Of a DNA stretch of 64,000 nucleotides, positions 39,372-51,252 are shown in pieces. Source of the stretch: Diplonema japonicum (taxonomy: Eukaryota; Protista; Euglenozoa: Diplonemea); contig OZ025742.1 in NCBI GenBank assembly GCA_964019335.1, forward strand, positions 1 through 64,000, read 5' to 3'. The stretch's first letter is position 1. The number at the start of each line of letters is the position of its first letter. Both the position numbers and the translations under genes were made by a program. A model generated the notes under the pieces. That model was not told the origin of the DNA. It saw nothing but the letters and a program-made list of their open reading frames with translations, and ran no database searches.

Positions 39372-42300
39372 ATGACAAGTGTCGTTCTTGCGGCATGCCT
39401 AGTACAGGCCACCGTCGCACTTCAACAAACTCCCTCTCCTTGCACAGGGACGCCTCGAGGGGGCTGCCCAGTTGGTTCGCGGTGCGAAGTGGACAGCAAC
39501 GGAGGCATCTTGTGTGTAGACGAGCAGCTGTGCAGCAACATCAGTTGTTCCTCGAACGAGACCTGTGCCATTGACACACACAACAGGGCCTTCTGCGTCA
39601 TGAGACGGGACCCCTGTGATGTGACCTGCCCTCTTCATGAGTACTGTTCGTACAACTACTACAGCGGCAAAGGGGACGTGGTGTGCGAGATGTCCAATGC
39701 ATGCTTCGACCTCAGCTGCATGGATGGGATGCAGTGCAGGAGTGCCGCTGATGGCCCCTCAATGTGTGCACCCCCTGGCCCATGCTGGAACGTGACATGT
39801 GGTGCAAACAAGTACTGCGACCTTGATGCCTCTTACAGTCCCGTGTGTATGGAGGAGCCTTGTTCGAGTGCCACGTGTCCTTCTGGAGAGGACTGTGTGA
39901 ACAAATGGATCAACGAAACGGTGAGGGCGGCTTCCTGTGTGGGGGTCACACCCACACCTGGGACACCTCAACCTTCTGGGACAGAGGCACCCCCCTCGCC
40001 CTGTACTAATGTGAACTGTCCTGTCGGGTCTCACTGTGTAGTGGGTGGCGATGGGAAAACCACCAGCTGTGTGGACCAGCAATTGTGTAAGAACCTAAGG
40101 TGTAAAGCGAATGAGACCTGTGCCATCGGTGCGAGAACCGACCATCTTTCGTGTCTTCCGAAGAAGAACCCTTGTCTCGCTGGGTGCCCTGTGCAAGGTG
40201 AGGTCTGCTCTGCCGACTACGGAAGGATGACGAAGAGTTGCTCGACGAAATTCTACGATAGCTGCAGCCGTGTTGAGTGCCTTGACGGGATGCAGTGCAG
40301 GGAGGTTGCTTACGTCTTCGAACCCTATTGTGCCGCCCCCGACCCTTGTTACAACGTGACGTGTGGTGCGAACATGTACTGTGACCTTGATCCTGCGTTC
40401 GATCCTGTGTGTTTGGAGGAGCCTTGTTTGAACGTTACGTGTCCTTCTGGAGAGCATTGTGTGAACAGCTGGAATTACAAAGTTGAAAGAATGGCTGTTT
40501 GTGAGAGCACAGGCACGCCAGCCCCTGCTGCCACACCTGAACCTGTTACACCTGCACCTCTCTCTCCTTGCACAGGGACGCCTCGAGGGGGCTGCCCAGT
40601 TGGTTCGCGGTGCGAAGTGGACAGCAACGGAGGCATCTTGTGTGTAGACGAGCAGCTGTGCAGCAACATCAGTTGTTCCTCGAACGAGACCTGTGCCATT
40701 GACACACACAACAGGGCCTTCTGCGTCATGAGACGGGACCCCTGTGATGTGACCTGCCCTCTTCATGAGTACTGTTCGTACAACTACTACAGCGGCAAAG
40801 GGGACGTGGTGTGCGAGATGTCCAATGCATGCTTCGACCTCAGCTGCATGGATGGGATGCAGTGCAGGAGTGCCGCTGATGGCCCCTCAATGTGTGCACC
40901 CCCTGGCCCATGCTGGAACGTGACATGTGGTGCAAACAAGTACTGCGACCTTGATGCCTCTTACAGTCCCGTGTGTATGGAGGAGCCTTGTTCGAGTGCC
41001 ACGTGTCCTTCTGGAGAGGACTGTGTGAACAAATGGATCAACGAAACGGTGAGGGCGGCTTCCTGTGTGGGGGTCACACCCACACCTGGGACACCTCAAC
41101 CTTCTGGGACAGAGGCACCCCCCTCGCCCTGTACTAATGTGAACTGTCCTGTCGGGTCTCACTGTGTAGTGGGTGGCGATGGGAAAACCACCAGCTGTGT
41201 GGACCAGCAATTGTGTAAGAACCTAAGGTGTAAAGCGAATGAGACCTGTGCCATCGGTGCGAGAACCGACCATCTTTCGTGTCTTCCGAAGAAGAACCCT
41301 TGTCTCGCTGGGTGCCCTGTGCAAGGTGAGGTCTGCTCTGCCGACTACGGAAGGATGACGAAGAGTTGCTCGACGAAATTCTACGATAGCTGCAGCCGTG
41401 TTGAGTGCCTTGACGGGATGCAGTGCAGGGAGGTTGCTTACGTCTTCGAACCCTATTGTGCCGCCCCCGACCCTTGTTACAACGTGACGTGTGGTGCGAA
41501 CATGTACTGTGACCTTGATCCTGCGTTCGATCCTGTGTGTTTGGAGGAGCCTTGTTTGAACGTTACGTGTCCTTCTGGAGAGCATTGTGTGAACAGCTGG
41601 AATTACAAAGTTGAAAGAATGGCTGTTTGTGAGAGCACAGGCACGCCAGCCCCTGCTGCCACACCTGAACCTGTTACACCTGCACCTCTCTCTCCTTGCA
41701 CAGGGACGCCTCGAGGGGGCTGCCCAGTTGGTTCGCGGTGCGAAGTGGACAGCAACGGAGGCATCTTGTGTGTAGACGAGCAGCTGTGCAGCAACATCAG
41801 TTGTTCCTCGAACGAGACCTGTGCCATTGACACACACAACAGGGCCTTCTGCGTCATGAGACGGGACCCCTGTGATGTGACCTGCCCTCTTCATGAGTAC
41901 TGTTCGTACAACTACTACAGCGGCAAAGGGGACGTGGTGTGCGAGATGTCCAATGCATGCTTCGACCTCAGCTGCATGGATGGGATGCAGTGCAGGAGTG
42001 CCGCTGATGGCCCCTCAATGTGTGCACCCCCTGGCCCATGCTGGAACGTGACATGTGGTGCAAACAAGTACTGCGACCTTGATGCCTCTTACAGTCCCGT
42101 GTGTATGGAGGAGCCTTGTTCGAGTGCCACGTGTCCTTCTGGAGAGGACTGTGTGAACAAATGGATCAACGAAACGGTGAGGGCGGCTTCCTGTGTGGGG
42201 GTCACACCCACACCTGGGACACCTCAACCTTCTGGGACAGAGGCACCCCCCTCGCCCTGTACTAATGTGAACTGTCCTGTCGGGTCTCACTGTGTAGTGG

Positions 42301-44258
42301 GTGGCGATGGGAAAACCACCAGCTGTGTGGACCAGCAATTGTGTAAGAACCTAAGGTGTAAAGCGAATGAGACCTGTGCCATCGGTGCGAGAACCGACCA
42401 TCTTTCGTGTCTTCCGAAGAAGAACCCTTGTCTCGCTGGGTGCCCTGTGCAAGGTGAGGTCTGCTCTGCCGACTACGGAAGGATGACGAAGAGTTGCTCG
42501 ACGAAATTCTACGATAGCTGCAGCCGTGTTGAGTGCCTTGACGGGATGCAGTGCAGGGAGGTTGCTTACGTCTTCGAACCCTATTGTGCCGCCCCCGACC
42601 CTTGTTACAACGTGACGTGTGGTGCGAACATGTACTGTGACCTTGATCCTGCGTTCGATCCTGTGTGTTTGGAGGAGCCTTGTTTGAACGTTACGTGTCC
42701 TTCTGGAGAGCATTGTGTGAACAGCTGGAATTACAAAGTTGAAAGAATGGCTGTTTGTGAGAGCACAGGCACGCCAGCCCCTGCTGCCACACCTGAACCT
42801 GTTACACCTGCACCTCTCTCTCCTTGCACAGGGACGCCTCGAGGGGGCTGCCCAGTTGGTTCGCGGTGCGAAGTGGACAGCAACGGAGGCATCTTGTGTG
42901 TAGACGAGCAGCTGTGCAGCAACATCAGTTGTTCCTCGAACGAGACCTGTGCCATTGACACACACAACAGGGCCTTCTGCGTCATGAGACGGGACCCCTG
43001 TGATGTGACCTGCCCTCTTCATGAGTACTGTTCGTACAACTACTACAGCGGCAAAGGGGACGTGGTGTGCGAGATGTCCAATGCATGCTTCGACCTCAGC
43101 TGCATGGATGGGATGCAGTGCAGGAGTGCCGCTGATGGCCCCTCAATGTGTGCACCCCCTGGCCCATGCTGGAACGTGACATGTGGTGCAAACAAGTACT
43201 GCGACCTTGATGCCTCTTACAGTCCCGTGTGTATGGAGGAGCCTTGTTCGAGTGCCACGTGTCCTTCTGGAGAGGACTGTGTGAACAAATGGATCAACGA
43301 AACGGTGAGGGCGGCTTCCTGTGTGGGGGTCACACCCACACCTGGGACACCTCAACCTTCTGGGACAGAGGCACCCCCCTCGCCCTGTACTAATGTGAAC
43401 TGTCCTGTCGGGTCTCACTGTGTAGTGGGTGGCGATGGGAAAACCACCAGCTGTGTGGACCAGCAATTGTGTAAGAACCTAAGGTGTAAAGCGAATGAGA
43501 CCTGTGCCATCGGTGCGAGAACCGACCATCTTTCGTGTCTTCCGAAGAAGAACCCTTGTCTCGCTGGGTGCCCTGTGCAAGGTGAGGTCTGCTCTGCCGA
43601 CTACGGAAGGATGACGAAGAGTTGCTCGACGAAATTCTACGATAGCTGCAGCCGTGTTGAGTGCCTTGACGGGATGCAGTGCAGGGAGGTTGCTTACGTC
43701 TTCGAACCCTATTGTGCCGCCCCCGACCCTTGTTACAACGTGACGTGTGGTGCGAACATGTACTGTGACCTTGATCCTGCGTTCGATCCTGTGTGTTTGG
43801 AGGAGCCTTGTTTGAACGTTACGTGTCCTTCTGGAGAGCATTGTGTGAACAGCTGGAATTACAAAGTTGAAAGAATGGCTGTTTGTGAGAGCACAGGCAC
43901 ACCTACCACCCAATCACCTCAGTCTAGGTCACCTATAACACAGATGCCTATGGGTCCTGGTGTCAATACACCAGAGCCAACTGAAGCTCCTAAGGATGAA
44001 AGTGAAGACAATTACCTATGGATTATAATTGTGGCAAGTGGTGTTGTGGTGCTATGTGTAGCTGGTGGTGGTTTATTACTCAGAAACAAGAAGAAGAGGC
44101 AGGTTGGTACTGATTCTGAATTTTTGGTATGGTACTTAAAAGGACATTTACACGAATATTTATAGGTTATTGGGATGAACTCATTTGTAGATGAGGAGTT
44201 GGTTGTGGGTGAAATGCAGAAAGCCGAGGAAAAACCTGATTATATTGGAAGAAAATGA
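39372..44258 (+). CDS. Large Cys-rich type I membrane protein (4 x 376-aa repeat); intron 44127-44165
   Basis: Signal peptide, Cys modules, TM YLWIIIVASGVVVLCVAGGGLLL; GT-AG intron removes the stop and gives L-VIGMN, matching paralog L-VYGMD. Confidence 0.88.
39434..43900 (+). repeat. 1128-bp tandem repeat, ~3.96 apparently identical copies
   Basis: Units begin 39434, 40562, 41690, 42818; antisense ORFs repeat identically. Confidence 0.97.
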
Positions 44259-45224
44259 TGTAAGGTGGAAAAAAAAATTTTTTTTTTTTGAACAATCTAG
44301 AATTTGCTCAGACGCCGAGGGAAAAAGTAAAGTGTGGGGGGAAAGACAGTACCTCTTTTTTTTTTGCTTCCCTCGCCCTCTGGTAACCTTGATGGATCTT
44401 CGATTTAGGCAGTCCTCAAGAGATGAGACAAGTCAGAGTTACTGCTACCCTTTTACAATTGTGTCCCTATCCTTTAACTTTTTTTTTTTTTTTTTTTTTT
44501 TTGCCGAATCACATGTTTGCTGAAAACAGTGGGGATTCAAAAAAAAAAAAAAAAAAAAAAAAACCCTTTTGTTTCTTCAAAGGCTGTATTATACCAGCCT
44601 CCAGTTATCTTATGCCTTTCCCCCAATGGGGCCAATGGGCTTGGGACTTATCCTTCATGAATTTTGTTGGAAACAGAGTGGTTTTTCTTCTTCTTTTTTT
44701 TCTTCTTCTTTTTCTTTTCTTTTTTTCTTCTTCTTTTTTTTTTGTTACAAAATATTTATCTTTCAAAAAATGATTTTATAACTAAATGCAATTTGTGCCG
44801 AGCAAAAAACTTTCGCAGCTTTGCTCGTGCGAACAACAAAGACATATAGTCATAAGGTTATTGAATTATTTTTTTTTCTGAATATGAAGTAGAAACTTAA
44901 CTTCTGTCTCCTCCCCTTTTTTAATGTCTCTTTTCTTTTCTCTTTTTTTTTCTTTTTTTCCCCTCAAGCGGGGGGCTTGTCCTGTACTTTGAGTTTTTTT
45001 TTCCCAGGGTTGTCCTCAAGTGGGATATGCCCTCAAGCATCGCTTTTTTGTTTTTGTTTTAATTGTTTTTTAAAAAAAAAAACAATATTTATTGTCGTGG
45101 CTAACTACGATTATGTGTACGATTTCTATTTCTGCGATATGTTGTTCATGCATGTCTCTTTGAAAACGGGTGATCCATGGTTGGCCACCTGTGACTTTTT
45201 TTTTTTTTTTTTTTTTTTTTATAC

Positions 45225-45570
45225 GGTACGATGGTAAGAAGAAAACTTCCGTCACGACAATGGAACTCGCCATAGACTATGAGCAGACCACCCGCCGGTC
45301 GCTCATAGGTCCCCTCGACGATCAAGACCTGCTCACGGAGAAGGCCGCAAGGATGCGATACATCTTGGGTCGCATCCAGAAATGCTCAGCACGCACACGG
45401 CTACGACAGGAGACCACTCTTCTCCTCGAGCCAAACCCCCCCCCTACCTAGCACGACTCCAAGCAATGTTTCTCGCCCAGATGCCGTCCATCTCATCGCG
45501 ACAAACAGCCACCGCAGGCACCAGACAGCAACCGCAGAACGGTGACCGATTAGTGTGGATACCTACCTGA
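45225..45570 (+). pseudogene. 5'-truncated remnant of an E4-related ORF2 C-terminus
   Basis: ELAIDYEQTTRRSL..KAARMR and SSRQTA vs E4 ELALDFEETTGKSL..KARRIK and ASRQTA. Confidence 0.65.
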
Positions 45571-45626
45571 ACAGTGAGCACCCCCATGCACACTGAAATT
45601 TTATCGAGTTTATAAAGGGCGATGAC

Positions 45627-45658
<32 letters not shown>

Positions 45659-45825
45659 CCTTCTTTCCCTTGCTCCTTAATTCTAAGCGCCTTCAACAAA
45701 AAAAAAAAAAAAGAAAAAAAGAAGAAGAAACCCCTCTGGGGAAGGGCGGAGGGTACTTGCTATCCCTCTGACCCACACTTCCTTAAAACTCTCTCCTTTT
45801 TTTTTTTTTTTTTTTTTTTTTTATA

Positions 45826-47342
45826 CCGGATTTGTTTTTATATTGTTCAGTTTTAATAATGGTCTGGGGATTTAGTGTACTGTATAAATTATGTACCTTT
45901 TTCGGATTTTGGACTAACTTGGGACTTTTTACAGAACAATACAAAAAACTATTTTTATTATTTTTGGCCTGACCCCCCCCCCCCCCCCCCCCCAGGACAG
46001 GCCCCACTAAAATCAAAGCCACGTTTGTGGTGTACAAGATCTACTTTTTGGTTTCCATTTTCAAAACAAGGTACGCGGACGCCCTGAAGGCCCAGATAAA
46101 GAAAGAGCGGAAAAGACACAGAAGAGAAGCCCTTCTTGCTGCTGTTGGTCCGGCTTCTGTTCCCGTTAGTCCTGTTGCCGCGCCTGGTGCTTCTGTTCCC
46201 GTTAGTCCTGTTGCCACGCCTGGTGCTTCTGTTCCCGTTAGTCCTGTTGCCGCGCCTGGTGCTTCTGTTCCCGTTAGTCCTGTTGCCGCGCCTGGTGCTT
46301 CTGTTCCCGTTAGTCCTGTTGCCACGCCTAGTGCTTCTGTTCCCGTTAGTCCTGTTGCCACGCCTGGTGCTTCTGTTGTTGCCGGTCCTGTGGTTTCTGT
46401 TGTCGGTCCCGTTGCTTCTGTTGCCAACCCCGTGGCCTCCCCTGCTGCCCGACACCTTCACAGATTGCAAAATCAGCAATGCTAGAGGTTGACAAAAGGA
46501 CAAAGATTATGCGTCCTTTTGTTCTTGCCTGGGGTGTCGAGGCTTACCGCAAGCTAACAATCCGGGCAGGGTTCGCTTACCTTTTTAACGATCTCCCACC
46601 CGGGTCTGCATCCGTGACCCTGCCCACTGAGGACGTTCCTGCGCCCTCGCCCGGCCCTCCGCCCCCGCCTTCCGAGGTCGAGCTGGTTCGAGAAGCTGGG
46701 TGCAGATGCAGGAGTTGACCCGATGGAGATTGATCCATTGGAGCCATTGGGACTGTCGGTCGACCCGGAACCAGCACCCGAAGACCCGGACATTGAGATC
46801 ACTGAGATGTTCAGCAGGCTGGGCACCTCGACATAGAGGCCATTTCTGATGCGCCTTCTTCTGACGAAGAAGCAGAAGAAGAAGAAATGCCTGACCAAGA
46901 AGCCTCAGCCCCAAGCCAAGCAGCGGCCAAGTGACCCCAAGCCAGCGAGCGAACAACGTGACGAGGGTGCCCTGCCCCAACTGCAGCGCAACCCTCAAGC
47001 AGGTTAGAAAGGAGACCAGTGTGGGAGTGCACGGAATGCTCTGGTGAGCATGACATGAGCACCCGCGGAAGGGTCTGCCCGTGCGACTATGTGGTGTGCT
47101 TTACGTGCAGGACTGGGCAATAATGAACTAGAATTGCGGTAATACCACCCCCCCTCCCCGGCTGGGGGGTATTTTGTTTTTGTCTTGGGATTTTTTATTT
47201 TTAGGGATATTTTCTGGGGTTTTTTTTTATTTTTGTAATTTTTATGTTCTGTTTTAATGGTGTTCTGTAAATATTATGTACCTTTTTCGAATTTTTTGCC
47301 CAATTTGGGACTTTTCACATAACAATATAAGTACAAATCCGG
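45826..47342 (+). mobile_element. Non-autonomous pogo/Tc1-mariner-like DNA transposon derivative
   Basis: TA at both flanks; imperfect ~22-bp TIR ccggatttgt..ttatattgtt / aacaatataa..acaaatccgg; subterminal ~90-bp direct repeat (45850-45945 vs 47251-47330); DDE_1-tail-like FKTRY..WGVEAYRKLTIRAGF. Confidence 0.7.
46153..46380 (+). repeat. 36-bp tandem repeat x6.3 (ASVPVSPVAxPG)
   Basis: gcttctgttcccgttagtcctgttgcc(g/a)cgcct(g/a)gt units. Confidence 0.95.
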
Positions 47343-47393
47343 TAGTCTGAAAAAAAAAAAAAAAGAGAAAAAAAAGAAGGGGAAAAAAAAAAA

Positions 47394-49323
47394 ATGCCGT
47401 CAGCCAGAACCCGCAGCCCGCCCCCCACCGGGAAGGGGATCTCATGGGAGAATGTTATCTACGACGTGAAGAAAAAAGTCAAAACAGTCGCGGAGGGGGA
47501 ACCGGCCTTGGCCATCACAGCCGAAGGGAAGTGGAACAAGTGCGAAATCCTAAAAAAACACAAAGACGGCTCCGGATACACTGTACGCTGGTCAGGTAAA
47601 CAAGGCCTCCAGGAAGACGTCGGCGCCGAAGAGGTAAAACCCGCCGGCATGAAACGCATCTTAAAGAACGTGTCCGGAACCATCAACTCAGGCCGCCTCT
47701 GCGCCATCATGGGCCCGTCCGGTGCCGGAAAATCATCCCTCTTAAACATCCTAGCAGGCCGCGTCGCAAACGGATCTAACAAAAAGGTATCGGGCGACAT
47801 CCGTCTGAACGGGGCTCCCCTTGACCCTGTTGCCTTCCGTAACAAAGTAGCTTATGTTATGCAACAAGATGCATTGTTTGCTACACAAACTCCGTATGAG
47901 GCACTGCATTTTTCAGCAAAACTACGCACGCCGGAGAGAACCGCAGATGAAAGAGAACAATCGGTTCAAGATGTTTTGAGAAAGCTCCGTCTTGTAAAGT
48001 GCGCGCATACACTGACAGGTTCTGACATGATACCAGGCCTGTCAGGTGGGGAGAAGAAGCGTACAGCGATTGGAATCGAGCTTATCTCAAACCCTGAATT
48101 TTTATTTTTGGACGAACCGACGTCCGGTTTAGACTCCTACGCCGCGTGGATGGTGTGCGACATGTTGCGCAGGTTGGCAAACGGCGAGTACGACGGCAAG
48201 CTTCGAACGGTCGTTGCGACCATCCACCAGCCTTCATCAGAATGTTTTTCTCTCTTTGACGACACAATTCTGCTGTCAAACGGGCTTTCCGTGTATGACG
48301 GGCCGAGGGATGAGCTCGATCAGCATTTTTCCGCAGCAGGACATCCCATATCGAAGAATACAAATCTTGCAGACCATGTGATGTTCGCTATGCAGCTTGA
48401 GAACGAGGGGATCGACGCTGGAGCAGACGAAGAAGACCCCGCGGGTATCAACAACAATAAACAACGTATCCGCCTCGCCGAATATTGGAAGGAAAAGGTA
48501 GGGTTCCACGCCAACACACCCGCTCTCATCGACAATAAAGTAGAGTCGATTGCTGACACAGCGCTTGCCTTCAAAGAGGCGAAAGCATCATTCTTCACAC
48601 AGTTTCTGTGCCTCGGGCTTCGCGACGCGAAGAATGTCGTCCGCGACAAAGGCTCGCTGATCGCAAGGTTCGGGTCCACCATCTTCCTCAATCTCATCGT
48701 TGCATTTGTGTTTCAGTCGGTTGGGTCGTCCGATGTTGATCATTGGACCACAGAATCGGGTATTCAAAACCATTTCGGCGGTGTGAGTCAAATCGCGATT
48801 GGAGGTATGTTCGGGCTTGCACAGCCGTTGATGTTGTCCTTCCCACTTGAAAAGCCCATCTTCATCAGAGAGTACGCGACTGGTACATACGGTTCAGTAC
48901 CGTATTTCACGTCGAAGTTGTTGGTGGAGGTCCCGCTGACGATTTTGCAATCCGCGGTGTTGTTCTTCACAACATTTTGGATTATGGAGCTGAACGGGAA
49001 CTTCGCGTACTTGGTCCTCGCGACGTCTCTCTTGGGGTTGGTCGCTGCCTCCACAGCGCTGCTCATAGGTGCCATCAGTTCTAACCCGCAGGTTGCTATT
49101 CAGCTGTCCCCTTTGCTGTTCGTCCCGCAAATTCTTTTCTCGGGTTTTTTTATCCCCACGTCGCAGATTCCCAGTTTTATGTCGTGGGCTCAGTACCTTT
49201 GCAGTTTGAAGTACGGAATGAACTTGTTGACCATTGCTGAGTTCAAGAACCCTCCTGGATCGCTTAATGAGACGCAGATGGAGGTTGCTAATGTATGTGG
49301 ACAGAGAGGGATTTTTAAAAAAG

Positions 49324-49356
<33 letters not shown>

Positions 49357-49520
49357 TGCAGGAGCTTATTCGGTACTCGGACCAGTCGCTGTTTCTTCGT
49401 AACGACATCCACACCGACAGAGAATGGCAGTACGTGGGTATTATGTTAGGGGTCTTCTGCCTTTTCAGAGGAGTCGCGTGTTTGGTCCTTGCTTGGAAGG
49501 GACGTACCTTGTCTGCTTGA
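47394..49520 (+). CDS. ABCG (white-family) half transporter; in-frame intron 49293-49361
   Basis: Walker A GPSGAGKS, signature LSGGEKKR, Walker B LFLDEPTSG, IHQP, C-terminal TMD; poly-K stretch lies in a gtatgt..gcag intron. Confidence 0.95.
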
Positions 49521-49712
49521 AAAAAGAAAAAAAAAAAGAATTTTTTTATTTTTTTTTATATTTCTTTTATATACATTTCATGAGAAAACTACTAACTAGA
49601 CCCCCTAAGTTATTTTTGGGGGAAAAAAAAATTCCCAAAATCAATTATCCAACCCTTTTTTTTTTTTTTTTTTTTGACATCAAGAGGGGCCCAGACAGTC
49701 AATTCCAAGCGC

Positions 49713-49753
<41 letters not shown>

Positions 49754-50400
49754 CGCATTTCCCTTTCGGTCGGCAGTTATTTATATAGGCCTGCGGCTCT
49801 CGCGCGGGGTTTGCATGTGACATCCACTATGTAATGAACGAAACCCGGTGGAAACCAGGAGGAAGAACAGGATATCCTGCAAGAGTGAAAGGCAGTATGT
49901 TTCTTGGCATTTAGAAACTTGGAGCATTTCTAAAGCTTAGGGGTCCAGTTAGCACTCCACCTTTTTCTTTTTCTTTTTTTTCTCCGGCACACCCACCGCG
50001 GTGGGCCGTTGCTAACTACTTCGCTTCCTATCATAGTGAATTTCTTTTTTTTTTTTATATTTATTTTATTCTTACAGCGGGAAGAAAAAAAAAAAAAAAA
50101 AAACCCCCGAGGGGAGGCGTTACATTCGCTACATTTCCCCTTAACCCAAGGCAAAATGAACTTTTTTTAACCCCCCCCCTTTGCAAGTCGAGGCTTGTTT
50201 GCTTCTCTTATCCCACTGCAGGCAAAATACGACTCGCACAAGAACGTCATCCGAAGGGCAGTAGAGACCATAGAAATGAAAAATGAAAAAAAAAGGTCCC
50301 ACCTTCGCACTGAATTTGCAGCATTCTTCGTCTTCTTTTAAAAAAAAAAATCTTTTTTTTTCTTTGCGCACTTTAATGAGAGGCGCGAAGGAAGAAAACG

Positions 50401-50431
<31 letters not shown>

Positions 50432-51252
50432 GGAAAAAAAAAAAAATGCATTTTTACGACTTCACCTTTACTTGCTTCCTACTAACTTTTATATTACTCA
50501 GTATCTCTGGCAGTATTCTTGGGAAGGGTGTCTTGAATTACTCTAGAGATGGGGTTCCTGTTAAAGAATTTTCGAAATTTTTTAAATGGGATTATTGTCC
50601 CCTCCCTCCCTCCCCTCCCCTCCCTCCCCTCCCCTCCCCTCCCCTCCCCTCCCCTCCCCTCCTTTTATATGCTTTTTCTGGACGTGAACTGAGGTTTTTT
50701 TCTCAAAAACCTAAAATCGGACGGGAAGGCAAAAAGAAGGGAGAGAACATCTCTCCCTTTCCGCTCTCTCTCTCTTTATCTCTCTCTCCCTCTTTCCCCC
50801 CCTTTTTTTTATTACTTGAACAACACAGTCACTTGTGGTAGAACAAATGTTCTTTACAGCTGGTCAACGATCTGGTTACAAATGATAACAGGCTTGTGTG
50901 ATTTGTGCCGAGCAATTTTACTTCTGTAATTTTTTCGAGCGAGTTTTACCATATTATTTTTAACAGTGAGTACCCCCCCCCCCCCCCCCCCCCCCCCTGC
51001 ACAGTTCCCCTTTTACTTTCTTTTCTTTGTCTTTGCTGAATAGTGACAACTTGTTAGTTAACCTTCGCAGAGCAGCCGGCTAAGAACGACAATCGCCGAC
51101 TCCCCCTTTTGCCTCTCGTCACCCCATCACGATAGGTCTCCTTATCCACCCTCTACCCCCTTCTTCTTCCTTCCTCCCTGCCCCTTATCACAGTGCAGAA
51201 AAAAAATTTTCTTTTCGTTGTTACCCCGCCACCACACCCACCACAGTGCACA

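Noticed and set aside
46153-46380. CRISPR-like 36-bp repeats
   Set aside because: Contiguous tandem units without spacers; eukaryotic coding minisatellite
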